Source of the DNA: Candidatus Cloacimonadales bacterium
Lineage (GTDB): Bacteria; Cloacimonadota; Cloacimonadia; Cloacimonadales; JAFGVF01
Direction: 5' to 3'
Assembly (NCBI GenBank): GCA_963663475.2
Contig: CAXXJV010000002.1
Location: 256,001 to 320,000 of the forward strand
Length of the DNA stretch: 64,000 nucleotides
Part shown: positions 9,179 to 17,907 of the stretch, piece by piece
How the letters are laid out: each line of letters begins with the position of its first letter
Position numbering within the stretch: position 1 is the stretch's first letter
Translations under genes and position numbers: made by a program
The notes under the pieces: model-generated
Told to the model about the DNA's origin: nothing
The model's input: the letters and a program-made list of their open reading frames with translations, nothing else
Databases searched by the model: none

Positions 9179-11281
9179 TTACTTCTGCAAAATAATTTTC
9201 TTAGAGTATCTTTTATCACTTGTTCTCATAACCACAATATAAGCACCAGAAGCAACTTTGATATTATTATTGTTGTCTCCTTGCCAGATAAGATCTAACT
9301 TTTCTTTACTTTTATCAACATAAGCATCTAAGAGGTTTTTAACTAACTGTCCTTTAGTGTTGTATATTGCTATGTTAACATTCTGAGGTCTCTCAATTGA
9401 AAAAGATATTCTTGTTTGAGGATTGAAGGGATTGGGATAACTAGGGAATAAGTTGTTTCCCCAAGCTATAGTAGGATGATTATCATTAGTGTTGCTTAGT
9501 TTAATCATAATAGGTCCATAAAGGCTAGAATCATTGTTGTGTTCAACACTTTGTAGCCAATAATAAAGATAATCTGTAAGAATATCGGTTTCATGTGTAA
9601 AGGTATACTGGTGAAGCTGACTACTGTTACTTGCATGAATGAGAGATGGGATTAAATTAGCACAAGCAAAATTATTAGTCTTTCCCCAAAATAAATAGTA
9701 GCCTAGTAGATTAGTTTCTGATTCAACTTCCCAAGTAATGTGAATTCCTGGGGCTGCCGTAATAGCTGAAAAGGATGAAATCTGGACTGGTAAACTACTT
9801 TCATCTAAGACAGGTATGAAGTCAGAAAAAGAGTACAGACCAGAAACAGTAACTATTTTATCGATACAGCTAATACTAGCTCCTAATTCAAGTACGTTTA
9901 CCCAAGCTTCTGAAGCATTGGCTCTCTTATATATCTTTAGACAATTATCATTAAAATAACTTTCTATATCTTGCAGGTTAAAAGTTAAATCGTAAGTTAA
10001 AGTATCTGTGTAGCTTGTGGATATTCTCCAGTATTTATCACCTAGAGCTTGATCTGAATCTGCAAGACCTGTTAAAACTGTACTATTAGTATCAAATTGA
10101 TTAATTAGTAAATTGTTACCTGGAGGAAGAGGATTACAGAATTGAATTTGAGTATTTAAGTTCAATGAAATAAAGGTATCCTGGGCTTCATTATCAACAG
10201 ACAAAAGATCAGAAAGTCTGTTGTTCTGCCAAAAAAGATAGGGGAGACCGTTGTTTATATTTTCGTCTTCCATAAACCAAATGGTCTCAAAGTGCCAACC
10301 ACAGTTTATAAAGGTTGAAGACTCTTGCATTTGAACTTGATTTATTGCTATAATGCTAGATTCTTGTAAGAAACTTTCGTCAATAGTTTCACCAAGGCTA
10401 GCTATTGTCTCATTCTCTTCATAAAAACAGGCTGAGATATCTAGGGAAATATCCTGTGGGCTTTCAGAATAGCCAATAATCATTCCTGCTGATGTTAATT
10501 CATTAGGACTTATACTAGCTCTTACATAAGAATCTCTCAGAGAAATATCATTCTCCGAGTACATAATGCCAATAAGTCCTCCAATTCCAATCTGATTTGC
10601 AATTCCAATCTGTCCTTCAAGGGATCCTGTGAAATAGCAATTAGCCAGTTCTAATGTACATGAGAATATGTTTGTAATTCCTCCAATCCCTTCATATCCT
10701 GATACATGTGCAGTAGAATATGAGTTCATCACCCTGCAGTTATTTGTACAAGCACCTATTATCCCAGCTGAGTAGCTGACATTCTGAGTATAAGCTGTAA
10801 TATTTCCTGAAGATGAGCAGTTACTAACACTTGAATTACTAGCATAAGCTACAATCCCTCCAGAGTAACGAAAACTGTAAAAATCAGCATTTACTACGTG
10901 AAGGTTACTAATGCTTGCATTTTGAATTTTTCCAAAAATACCTGCAAAAGATGTAGTTTTATGGATATATAGATTTGAAATACTATAGCCTTGTCCATCA
11001 TAAGTTCCATTAAAGGTATCATCAACTGATCCAATAGGAGAAAAGAAATTTTCATCACCTATGCCTTGATTATATGTCAGAAAAGCATCAATATCATTTG
11101 TTTGGATAAAATACTTACTCTTTGTCCAGAGATTAGTGGTATTTGAAAGAAATAATAAATCTTCATAAGAACCAATAATATAGGGATCTTCTTGCGTACC
11201 AGAACCGTTTAACTGACCAAAACAGGGAAGAGAAAAAGTAATAAATGCTACAACTATAACCATAATCCTAAACATAAACAT
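9179..11281 (-). CDS. Secreted GLUG-motif protein with C-terminal FlgD-Ig/T9SS-type tail
   Basis: GSGTQEDPYII, FSPIG...FNGTYDGQGYSISNL, GGIVA repeats, LPVQISSF, YPNPFNP tail. Confidence 0.75.
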   Translation of the reverse strand: MFMFRIMVIVVAFITFSLPCFGQLNGSGTQEDPYIIGSYEDLLFLSNTTNLWTKSKYFIQTNDIDAFLTYNQGIGDENFFSPIGSVDDTFNGTYDGQGYSISNLYIHKTTSFAGIFGKIQNASISNLHVVNADFYSFRYSGGIVAYASNSSVSNCSSSGNITAYTQNVSYSAGIIGACTNNCRVMNSYSTAHVSGYEGIGGITNIFSCTLELANCYFTGSLEGQIGIANQIGIGGLIGIMYSENDISLRDSYVRASISPNELTSAGMIIGYSESPQDISLDISACFYEENETIASLGETIDESFLQESSIIAINQVQMQESSTFINCGWHFETIWFMEDENINNGLPYLFWQNNRLSDLLSVDNEAQDTFISLNLNTQIQFCNPLPPGNNLLINQFDTNSTVLTGLADSDQALGDKYWRISTSYTDTLTYDLTFNLQDIESYFNDNCLKIYKRANASEAWVNVLELGASISCIDKIVTVSGLYSFSDFIPVLDESSLPVQISSFSAITAAPGIHITWEVESETNLLGYYLFWGKTNNFACANLIPSLIHASNSSQLHQYTFTHETDILTDYLYYWLQSVEHNNDSSLYGPIMIKLSNTNDNHPTIAWGNNLFPSYPNPFNPQTRISFSIERPQNVNIAIYNTKGQLVKNLLDAYVDKSKEKLDLIWQGDNNNNIKVASGAYIVVMRTSDKRYSKKIILQK

Positions 11282-11422
11282 CTCCTTAATGCATTAATAG
11301 TTTAAATTATAATTTACATTAAAAAGGAAAGGAATAAAGATTGTCAAATAAAAAATCTTAAAATATTTTTTTTTACTAGTGAGGATAGGATAATTACTTA
11401 TAAGTAAACAAGTTAAGCTTAT

Positions 11423-11452
11423 AAAAAAATCCTCTTCAAAAAGAAGAGGATT
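11423..11452 (-). terminator. Terminator after serS
   Basis: AATCCTCTTC-loop-GAAGAGGATT with a T tract on the minus strand. Confidence 0.7.
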
Positions 11453-11473
11453 ACATTTTAAATTATGAAAAGT

Positions 11474-12730
11474 CTATATTATAGGTAGGTAGGCTTTCAA
11501 AGCTTGGGGTATTTCAAAAGACCCATCTTCATTTTGATAGTTTTCTAAGATAGCTATTATAGTTCTAGGAGTCGCTAAGCCTGAACCATTTAATGTGTGA
11601 ACGAACTGAACTTTACCTTCAGCATCTCTATATCTAATAGAAGCACGTCTTGCTTGGAAATCAACAAAATTAGATACTGAAGATACTTCTAAATATTTAT
11701 TAGCACCAGGAGCCCAAACTTCTAAATCATAGGTCATGGCAGAAGCAAAAGAAGTATCCCCACTACATAATCTTAAAACACGATAGGGGAGTTCAAGTGC
11801 TTTTAAAATATCTTCTGCATCATTTACCATTTCTTCTAAAACTTTCCAAGAATCTTCTGCTTTCACAAATCTAACCATTTCAACCTTATTGAATTGATGT
11901 AACCTTTGAAGACCTCTAGTATCTTTCCCATAAGAGCCAGCTTCTCTTCTAAAACAATTAGAGAAACCAACAAATTTCTTAGGTAAATCTTCGTGTTTCA
12001 ATATCTCACTAGAATAGAAGTTAGTAATAGGAACTTCAGCTGTAGGTATAAGGTACATATCATCTTCAGCTAGATGGTACATATCATCTTTAAGTTTAGG
12101 TAGCTGTCCTGTACCTTTCATGGAAGTTGGGTTAACCATAGAAGGTACCATAATTTCTTGATAGCCATGATGAATTAAGTGATAATCAAGCATGAAGTTA
12201 ATTAAAGCTCTTTCTAATCTTGCACCCATGCCTGTATGAATAGGAAAACCTGATCCAGATATTTTAGCTCCACGTTCTAGGTCTAAAAGTCCATTTCTCT
12301 CTGCAATTTCAACATGATCAAGTGGTTTGAAAGTGAACTCTCTCTTCTTTCCCCATTCTCTAATTGTCTGATTATCATCTTCAGACTTTCCCAGAGGAAC
12401 ATCAGTATGAGGCATATTAGGTACCCAAAGAATAGCTTCATTAAGAGCATTTTCTGCATCAGTTAAAGAGTTTTTTAGGTCTTTTATTTCTTGAGCAACA
12501 GACCCCATCTGGGCAAGTAAGTCTGAAGCATCTTCTTTATTTTTCTTTCTTAAACCAATCTCTTTAGAAACTTTATTTTGCTCTGCTTTCTTTTGATCAA
12601 AATTAAATTGAGCTACTCTTTTTACTTCATCTAATTCTAAAATTTTATCAATATCAGCTTTTTCACTCTTATTTTTTACAGCTTCTTTAACAAGGTCAGC
12701 ATTTTCTCTTATAAATTTTAAATCTAACAT
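11474..12730 (-). CDS. serS: Serine--tRNA ligase
   Basis: MLDLKFIREN, LIPTAEVP, CFRREAGSYGKDTRGLQRLHQFNKVE, HTLNGSGLA. Confidence 0.98.
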   Translation of the reverse strand: MLDLKFIRENADLVKEAVKNKSEKADIDKILELDEVKRVAQFNFDQKKAEQNKVSKEIGLRKKNKEDASDLLAQMGSVAQEIKDLKNSLTDAENALNEAILWVPNMPHTDVPLGKSEDDNQTIREWGKKREFTFKPLDHVEIAERNGLLDLERGAKISGSGFPIHTGMGARLERALINFMLDYHLIHHGYQEIMVPSMVNPTSMKGTGQLPKLKDDMYHLAEDDMYLIPTAEVPITNFYSSEILKHEDLPKKFVGFSNCFRREAGSYGKDTRGLQRLHQFNKVEMVRFVKAEDSWKVLEEMVNDAEDILKALELPYRVLRLCSGDTSFASAMTYDLEVWAPGANKYLEVSSVSNFVDFQARRASIRYRDAEGKVQFVHTLNGSGLATPRTIIAILENYQNEDGSFEIPQALKAYLPII

Positions 12731-12746
12731 TATTTCCTCAATTTCT

Positions 12747-13514
12747 TTATATTTTGTGGGCTATCTTAATCATCTCTAAGTAAGAGTCAACTTTTAATGA
12801 AGCTCCACCAATCAAGCCACCATCAATATTTGGCTGACTTACCAGAGCTTCAATATTATTAGCTTTCATGCTACCACCATAAAGGATATGAATAGCTTCA
12901 GCAGTTTCAGAACCATATTCTGAAGTTAACCAACTTCTAATCATAGCATGAACTTCTTCAGCCATTTCAGGTGTAGCTGTTTTACCTGTTCCTATTGCCC
13001 AAACAGGTTCATAAGCTATTATAACATCTTGATGTCCGTTAAGGTCGATATTAGCAAAACAACCTGCAAGTTGCTTTAGTATGACTTGTTCAGTAATACC
13101 TGCTTCTCTTTCTTTATCTGTTTCACCGATACAAACAATAGGTCTAATCTTATGTTCAAAAAGTTTATTCAATTTTTCTTTTATAAGTTCATTTGATTCA
13201 TTATGATATTCTCTTCTTTCTGAATGGCCAATAATGGCAAAATCACAGTTAATAGAAGCTAACATTTGGGCTGAAACTTCACCAGTGAAAGCTCCTTGAA
13301 CTTGAGAACTTACATCTTGAGATCCAATCAATAAAGTTGAATCTTGAGCTAGTTTTTTCAATTGATCAATAAATAAGAAGCTCGGAGCAATCATAATTTC
13401 AATCTTAGTCTGATTTATACCTGTAAGTTGAGGTAATAATTCTTTAACAAAAGTAGTAGCTTCATTATAACAATGATTCATTTTCCAATTTCCAGCAACA
13501 ATTATCTTTCTCAT
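12747..13514 (-). CDS. tpiA: Triosephosphate isomerase
   Basis: AGNWKM, IGHSERR, AYEPVWAIGTG, GGLIGGASL. Confidence 0.98.
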   Translation of the reverse strand: MRKIIVAGNWKMNHCYNEATTFVKELLPQLTGINQTKIEIMIAPSFLFIDQLKKLAQDSTLLIGSQDVSSQVQGAFTGEVSAQMLASINCDFAIIGHSERREYHNESNELIKEKLNKLFEHKIRPIVCIGETDKEREAGITEQVILKQLAGCFANIDLNGHQDVIIAYEPVWAIGTGKTATPEMAEEVHAMIRSWLTSEYGSETAEAIHILYGGSMKANNIEALVSQPNIDGGLIGGASLKVDSYLEMIKIAHKI

Positions 13515-13625
13515 GATAACCTCATTTTAATATTTTTCTTCATTTAAAAAAGATGTCAATATCTTGACAAGTAAAATTTTGAAATTGATAGATTAGTGTG
13601 ACTGCTAGACTCTAAGATGAAGCTG

Positions 13626-13663
13626 AAAACACAAACATCTACGAAAAGCCGAAGAAGAAGATT
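13626..13663 (+). repeat. 38-bp direct repeat, copy 1 (copy 2 at 16763-16800)
   Basis: AAAACACAAACATCTACGAAAAGC(C/G)GAA(G/C)AAGAAGATT, 2 mismatches. Confidence 0.8.
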
Positions 13664-13740
13664 ATAACCAGCAAAAATACACAAAAAGAGGAGAACTTTA
13701 TACTTTTGTTGAACTGTTTAACTGATTATCTGATAATAAG

Positions 13741-13765
13741 AAAGAGCCCCGCTATAGCGAGGCTT
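13741..13765 (-). terminator. Terminator after the 13849-16659 gene
   Basis: AGCCCCGCTATAGCGAGGCT hairpin. Confidence 0.55.
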
Positions 13766-13848
13766 CATAGTATGTTGAAATATCATTGTCAAGTAAGATA
13801 ATAAAAATTAATTTTATCTTTTATTTCTTATTCTTTCTAAACAAGATA

Positions 13849-16659
13849 CTATTTTAATAAGATAATCTTCTTTGTATCAATTTTATTATTAGCCTTCATT
13901 CTGCTAAAATATACACCTGACGGTAACTTATTGCCATTGTCATCTTTAGCATTCCAAACAAGTTTATGAAAACCTGTAGTTTGCATTCCTAAGTCAAAAG
14001 TTTTAACTAGTTGCCCTCTGACATTGTAAATTTTGATTTCTGTAAGAGAATTACTATCTAAAGAATATCTAATAGAAGTTGTTGGATTAAATGGATTTGG
14101 GTAAATAGAAACTAGGCCAGTCGTAAGTGGGATATCAACTGAATTGTTAAAGTCGTCTTCAACTTCTATTATTGCAGGTCCGTAAAAACTACTTGAAGCA
14201 TCGTAATCAATCATTTTAATCCAGTAATAGTAGATACCATTAACTTCAATTGAATTGTCTATATAAGAATAAGTTTGTGTTTGACTGGTATTGGTTCCAG
14301 GAATGAAAACATCTAACATTTCAGCATTATTCAAGTTATTATCACAGTTGCGATAGATTCTATAACCATCTAAATCACTTTCAGATTGAGTAACCCATTT
14401 AACCATAACATTACTAGAATTAGTATTAAAAACATCAAAAGAGGATAATTGGACAGGAAGAGTTTGATCGTCATCTAGACCTATAGTTAAGTCTCCTTTT
14501 GAAGTTTTTGCAACTTGTGGGAATGTATAGGTAAATGTTGCAACTCTGATGTCGTCATTTAAAAGAATACTAAAATCTGTAGCTTGTCCAACTTTTACTC
14601 CACCATCAAAAAGAATTGGTGTCTTGCTTGGATTCAACCAATTATAATTATTATCATCTTCAGCATTCCAGTAGAAAGTTATTGTCTTTTGTCTATTAGC
14701 CTCATTATCATCATTGATATTTCCACTAATGTTCCAGGAACGTTTAATCTTGTTTGGATATAATGATGAAGATAGAGAAGTTGATGCACTGTAGTTAGCA
14801 ATATTAAAATCAGTTGTAGGCCAGGATAAGTGCTTAATGTTTGGGGAATTTAAACCATCTATAGCTACATTACTTGCCCCTGTATAAGTACCTGAAGATA
14901 CTGTTAATGTTCCTTCAATAGAAATATTATCAGGAAGTGTTACCCCATTAGTATTATCGATTATTATGTTGTAAACTGAACTTATTCCACTTGCTACTGA
15001 TTGAGCTGAGGAACCATTGAATCTTATGGTAGAGCCTGCTTGACCAATTAGACTTGCTGATTGTCCAATATTTATTGTGCCAGTTATTTCTAATTCTCCA
15101 CCATCAGCAATAATCAAATCATCACCTACCTTGTTTTCAACATTTAAGGTAGCTCCATCATTGATAATAAGTTTTCCTTCCACAGTAGTGCTACTAATAA
15201 ATGCATCATTGGGACTCTGTAAAGTTATAGTATCGTCAGAAAGAACTTTTATAGAATAAGAGTTGGTATAATCAGGTTTTAGCACTGATTCTTCATAGGT
15301 TCCTGACTCTGTTTCAGATTTATCCCAATTAGAAGCAGTCGAGAAGGAACCAGTAGCTTGAGATCGAAAATAGAAAATAGATGAAGGGGAGCTTTTTAAT
15401 GTTGGATAAACACTTTCTGCAAAAGTCCAGACATTTGTTGAATCCCAGTTTGGATAACTTGTAGCATCTTTTAATTCACTATCAGTTTGAGAAGTACCAT
15501 AAGTATTAGCACCGCTTGATGGATCCATAGTCGCCGAATCTAGATAATAAGAATCTTCTAAAGACCCAGTAGCATTAGTTCCACCTAAACCAGGGGGGAG
15601 ATTTCCTGATACTCTACCTGTAATTGGTCCAAATCCGCCTTCCCAAGTTCCTGAAATACGCTGAGTAACATTACCAGTAGTATAAGATCTAAATATCGCT
15701 CCACCGATAGTACAGCCGGCTAAACCACCAACTCTATCTCCTCCGCTGACATTGCCTAAAGCATAAGAGTCTTGAGTAATACCATTCTCGTTACATCCAA
15801 CTAAGCCACCATATTTGATGTTGTAGGGATTGCTATTATCCCCAGAATTTAAGGCTTGGTTAGTAGGATGGGTAGATGCAACTGTTACATCAGCATAGCA
15901 AAATCTAATGATAGGAACAACTTGCTTTCTTTGGCTGTTATTAGCGCCTACTAAACCACCTGTTGCACCAAATCCGGTTACAGACCCACCACTCACATAG
16001 CAATTTTCCGTAATCACTAATTTACCTCTGTTTCGATTGGGTAAGTCCACTTTACCTATTAATGCTCCTGTTCCTCTTTTTCCAGTGATATTTACATTAG
16101 TTAGTCCAACTTTTTCGATATATATGTCAGAAGTATTACTTGCGTTGTCATCAGTAGAACCATTAGTAACATAACCAAAGAGTCCAATAAAATTTTCACC
16201 ATCATTTGGTTCGTTATCATTATCCACAGGATCATCCACAGTGGCTCCTCTAGCAATATAGAGATTAGATATTATTTTACCACCGCCATCAAAATTACCA
16301 TGGAAAGGATAACCTCCATCACCTATTGGTTCCCAACCTTTGCTAGCTTCCCACATTTTGGTCCAGTTATCATCTGTATTTCCTGATGGTTCATTAGTAT
16401 TTGAAGCTATTTTTGAATAATAGGCATAACCATTATACTCCACAATATTCCCAAGTTCATATGAACCAGCTGAGTAAGTAGTAATTGATTCTGGGTTAGT
16501 TTCACTTAAATCGATGTCATTAGTTAGGGTATAATTCCCACCTAAATCATTTCTAACATTCCATAAATCTAAAATGTTGTTAACCTCTATAGCAAATAGT
16601 TTTTCCCCTGTTAAGAAGACAATAATTAGAATCAAAAAAGCCACTTTCAAATTTCTCAT
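13849..16659 (-). CDS. Secreted GLUG-repeat protein with CBM5/12-like insert and FlgD-Ig/T9SS-type tail
   Basis: Signal peptide; GWEPIG...FHGNFDGGG; GGLVG repeats; LPVQLSSF; YPNPFNP; paralog of 17908-20730. Confidence 0.75.
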   Translation of the reverse strand: MRNLKVAFLILIIVFLTGEKLFAIEVNNILDLWNVRNDLGGNYTLTNDIDLSETNPESITTYSAGSYELGNIVEYNGYAYYSKIASNTNEPSGNTDDNWTKMWEASKGWEPIGDGGYPFHGNFDGGGKIISNLYIARGATVDDPVDNDNEPNDGENFIGLFGYVTNGSTDDNASNTSDIYIEKVGLTNVNITGKRGTGALIGKVDLPNRNRGKLVITENCYVSGGSVTGFGATGGLVGANNSQRKQVVPIIRFCYADVTVASTHPTNQALNSGDNSNPYNIKYGGLVGCNENGITQDSYALGNVSGGDRVGGLAGCTIGGAIFRSYTTGNVTQRISGTWEGGFGPITGRVSGNLPPGLGGTNATGSLEDSYYLDSATMDPSSGANTYGTSQTDSELKDATSYPNWDSTNVWTFAESVYPTLKSSPSSIFYFRSQATGSFSTASNWDKSETESGTYEESVLKPDYTNSYSIKVLSDDTITLQSPNDAFISSTTVEGKLIINDGATLNVENKVGDDLIIADGGELEITGTINIGQSASLIGQAGSTIRFNGSSAQSVASGISSVYNIIIDNTNGVTLPDNISIEGTLTVSSGTYTGASNVAIDGLNSPNIKHLSWPTTDFNIANYSASTSLSSSLYPNKIKRSWNISGNINDDNEANRQKTITFYWNAEDDNNYNWLNPSKTPILFDGGVKVGQATDFSILLNDDIRVATFTYTFPQVAKTSKGDLTIGLDDDQTLPVQLSSFDVFNTNSSNVMVKWVTQSESDLDGYRIYRNCDNNLNNAEMLDVFIPGTNTSQTQTYSYIDNSIEVNGIYYYWIKMIDYDASSSFYGPAIIEVEDDFNNSVDIPLTTGLVSIYPNPFNPTTSIRYSLDSNSLTEIKIYNVRGQLVKTFDLGMQTTGFHKLVWNAKDDNGNKLPSGVYFSRMKANNKIDTKKIILLK

Positions 16660-16762
16660 AAAAACCTCGCTTAGTTAAAGTATTTAATTAAATTAAAATT
16701 AAACTTTGAAAACAATATGTCAAGAAAAAGTTTAATTATATTTGGATTAAGACTTAAAAGCA

Positions 16763-16800
16763 AAAACACAAACATCTACGAAAAGCGGAACAAGAAGATT
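16763..16800 (+). repeat. 38-bp direct repeat, copy 2
   Basis: Matches 13626-13663. Confidence 0.8.
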
Positions 16801-16925
16801 GAAATCCAAATAAACTCTCAAAATCAACATATAAGTGAAGGGTAAAGAAACTTGGCTTAGGAAATATCGATTGACAGAAAATTAATAAGAACAGAATGGC
16901 AATATAATTATGAAGTGGAGCAGTA

Positions 16926-17813
16926 ATGGGCTATTTATTAATTTTATTTACGATAATACTTTTTTCAACATTAGAAGTGACAGGAAAGCTTATAGGTGCT
17001 GATATATCACCATATGCAATTACGCTATACAGATTTCTTTTAGGTGGTTTAATAATGCTACCATTTGCTTTATTTAACTTGCAGAAAGAGAAAATAAAAC
17101 TAAGTAGGAAAGAAATATTTAAATTATCTGTTCCAGGTTTTATAAATGTATCTATTTCAATGTTATTTTTACAGTTAGCTATCTATTATGGTCAAGCAAA
17201 TATTTCAGCAATCCTGATAAGTTCCAACTCGGTCTTTGTGGCAATTTTTTCATATTTTATCTTGCGAGAAAGGCTATCACTATATAAAATTATTGGTTTA
17301 GTTATTGGCTTACTAGGGATAATTATTATAATAGCCAATCATCAAGTAGCTAGTAAAGAAGTAATAAACGGACCTTTAGGAATTATTTTTGCTTGTCTCT
17401 CATCTCTTTCTTTCGGCTTCTATACAGTAATTTCTAAGAAGTTTATCAAGGAATATGGTAATTTAGTAACTAATTCAATTTCTTTTTTGGCTGGTTCCTT
17501 ACTCTTAGCTCTTATATCTCTTATAGCTGGTTTTGATATTAGCATGAATATGACAGTAAAAAATATCAGTTTTATTGCTTATTTAGGAGTTTTTGTCTCT
17601 GGATTAGCTTATTTAAGCTACTTCGCTGGTTTAAAGAGGGTTTCTACAGTAGTTGGTTCTTCTTTTTTCTTCTTAAAACCTGCAATAGCATCAATTTTAG
17701 CATATTTTATATTTCGCGAGACTTTAACTATGTGGCAAATCCTTGGAATTATAATAGTAGTTATTGGAGTCAATATCGAGGTCATTCGCGATATGATAAA
17801 TAAGTCTAAATAA
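16926..17813 (+). CDS. DMT/EamA family transporter
   Basis: About 10 hydrophobic helices in two EamA-like halves (ILRERLS and IFRETLT). Confidence 0.88.
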   Translation: MGYLLILFTIILFSTLEVTGKLIGADISPYAITLYRFLLGGLIMLPFALFNLQKEKIKLSRKEIFKLSVPGFINVSISMLFLQLAIYYGQANISAILISSNSVFVAIFSYFILRERLSLYKIIGLVIGLLGIIIIIANHQVASKEVINGPLGIIFACLSSLSFGFYTVISKKFIKEYGNLVTNSISFLAGSLLLALISLIAGFDISMNMTVKNISFIAYLGVFVSGLAYLSYFAGLKRVSTVVGSSFFFLKPAIASILAYFIFRETLTMWQILGIIIVVIGVNIEVIRDMINKSK

Positions 17814-17848
17814 TGCCTTAGGTTTGTAAATTCTTGAGGGGATAAAAG

Positions 17849-17869
17849 AAAAGCCCAGCAAGCTGGGCT
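17849..17869 (-). terminator. Terminator between convergent genes
   Basis: AAAAGCCCAGC-AA-GCTGGGCT. Confidence 0.7.
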
Positions 17870-17907
17870 AAAGTTCTACTGATCCATTCTGTTAAATTTA
17901 AGAACTA

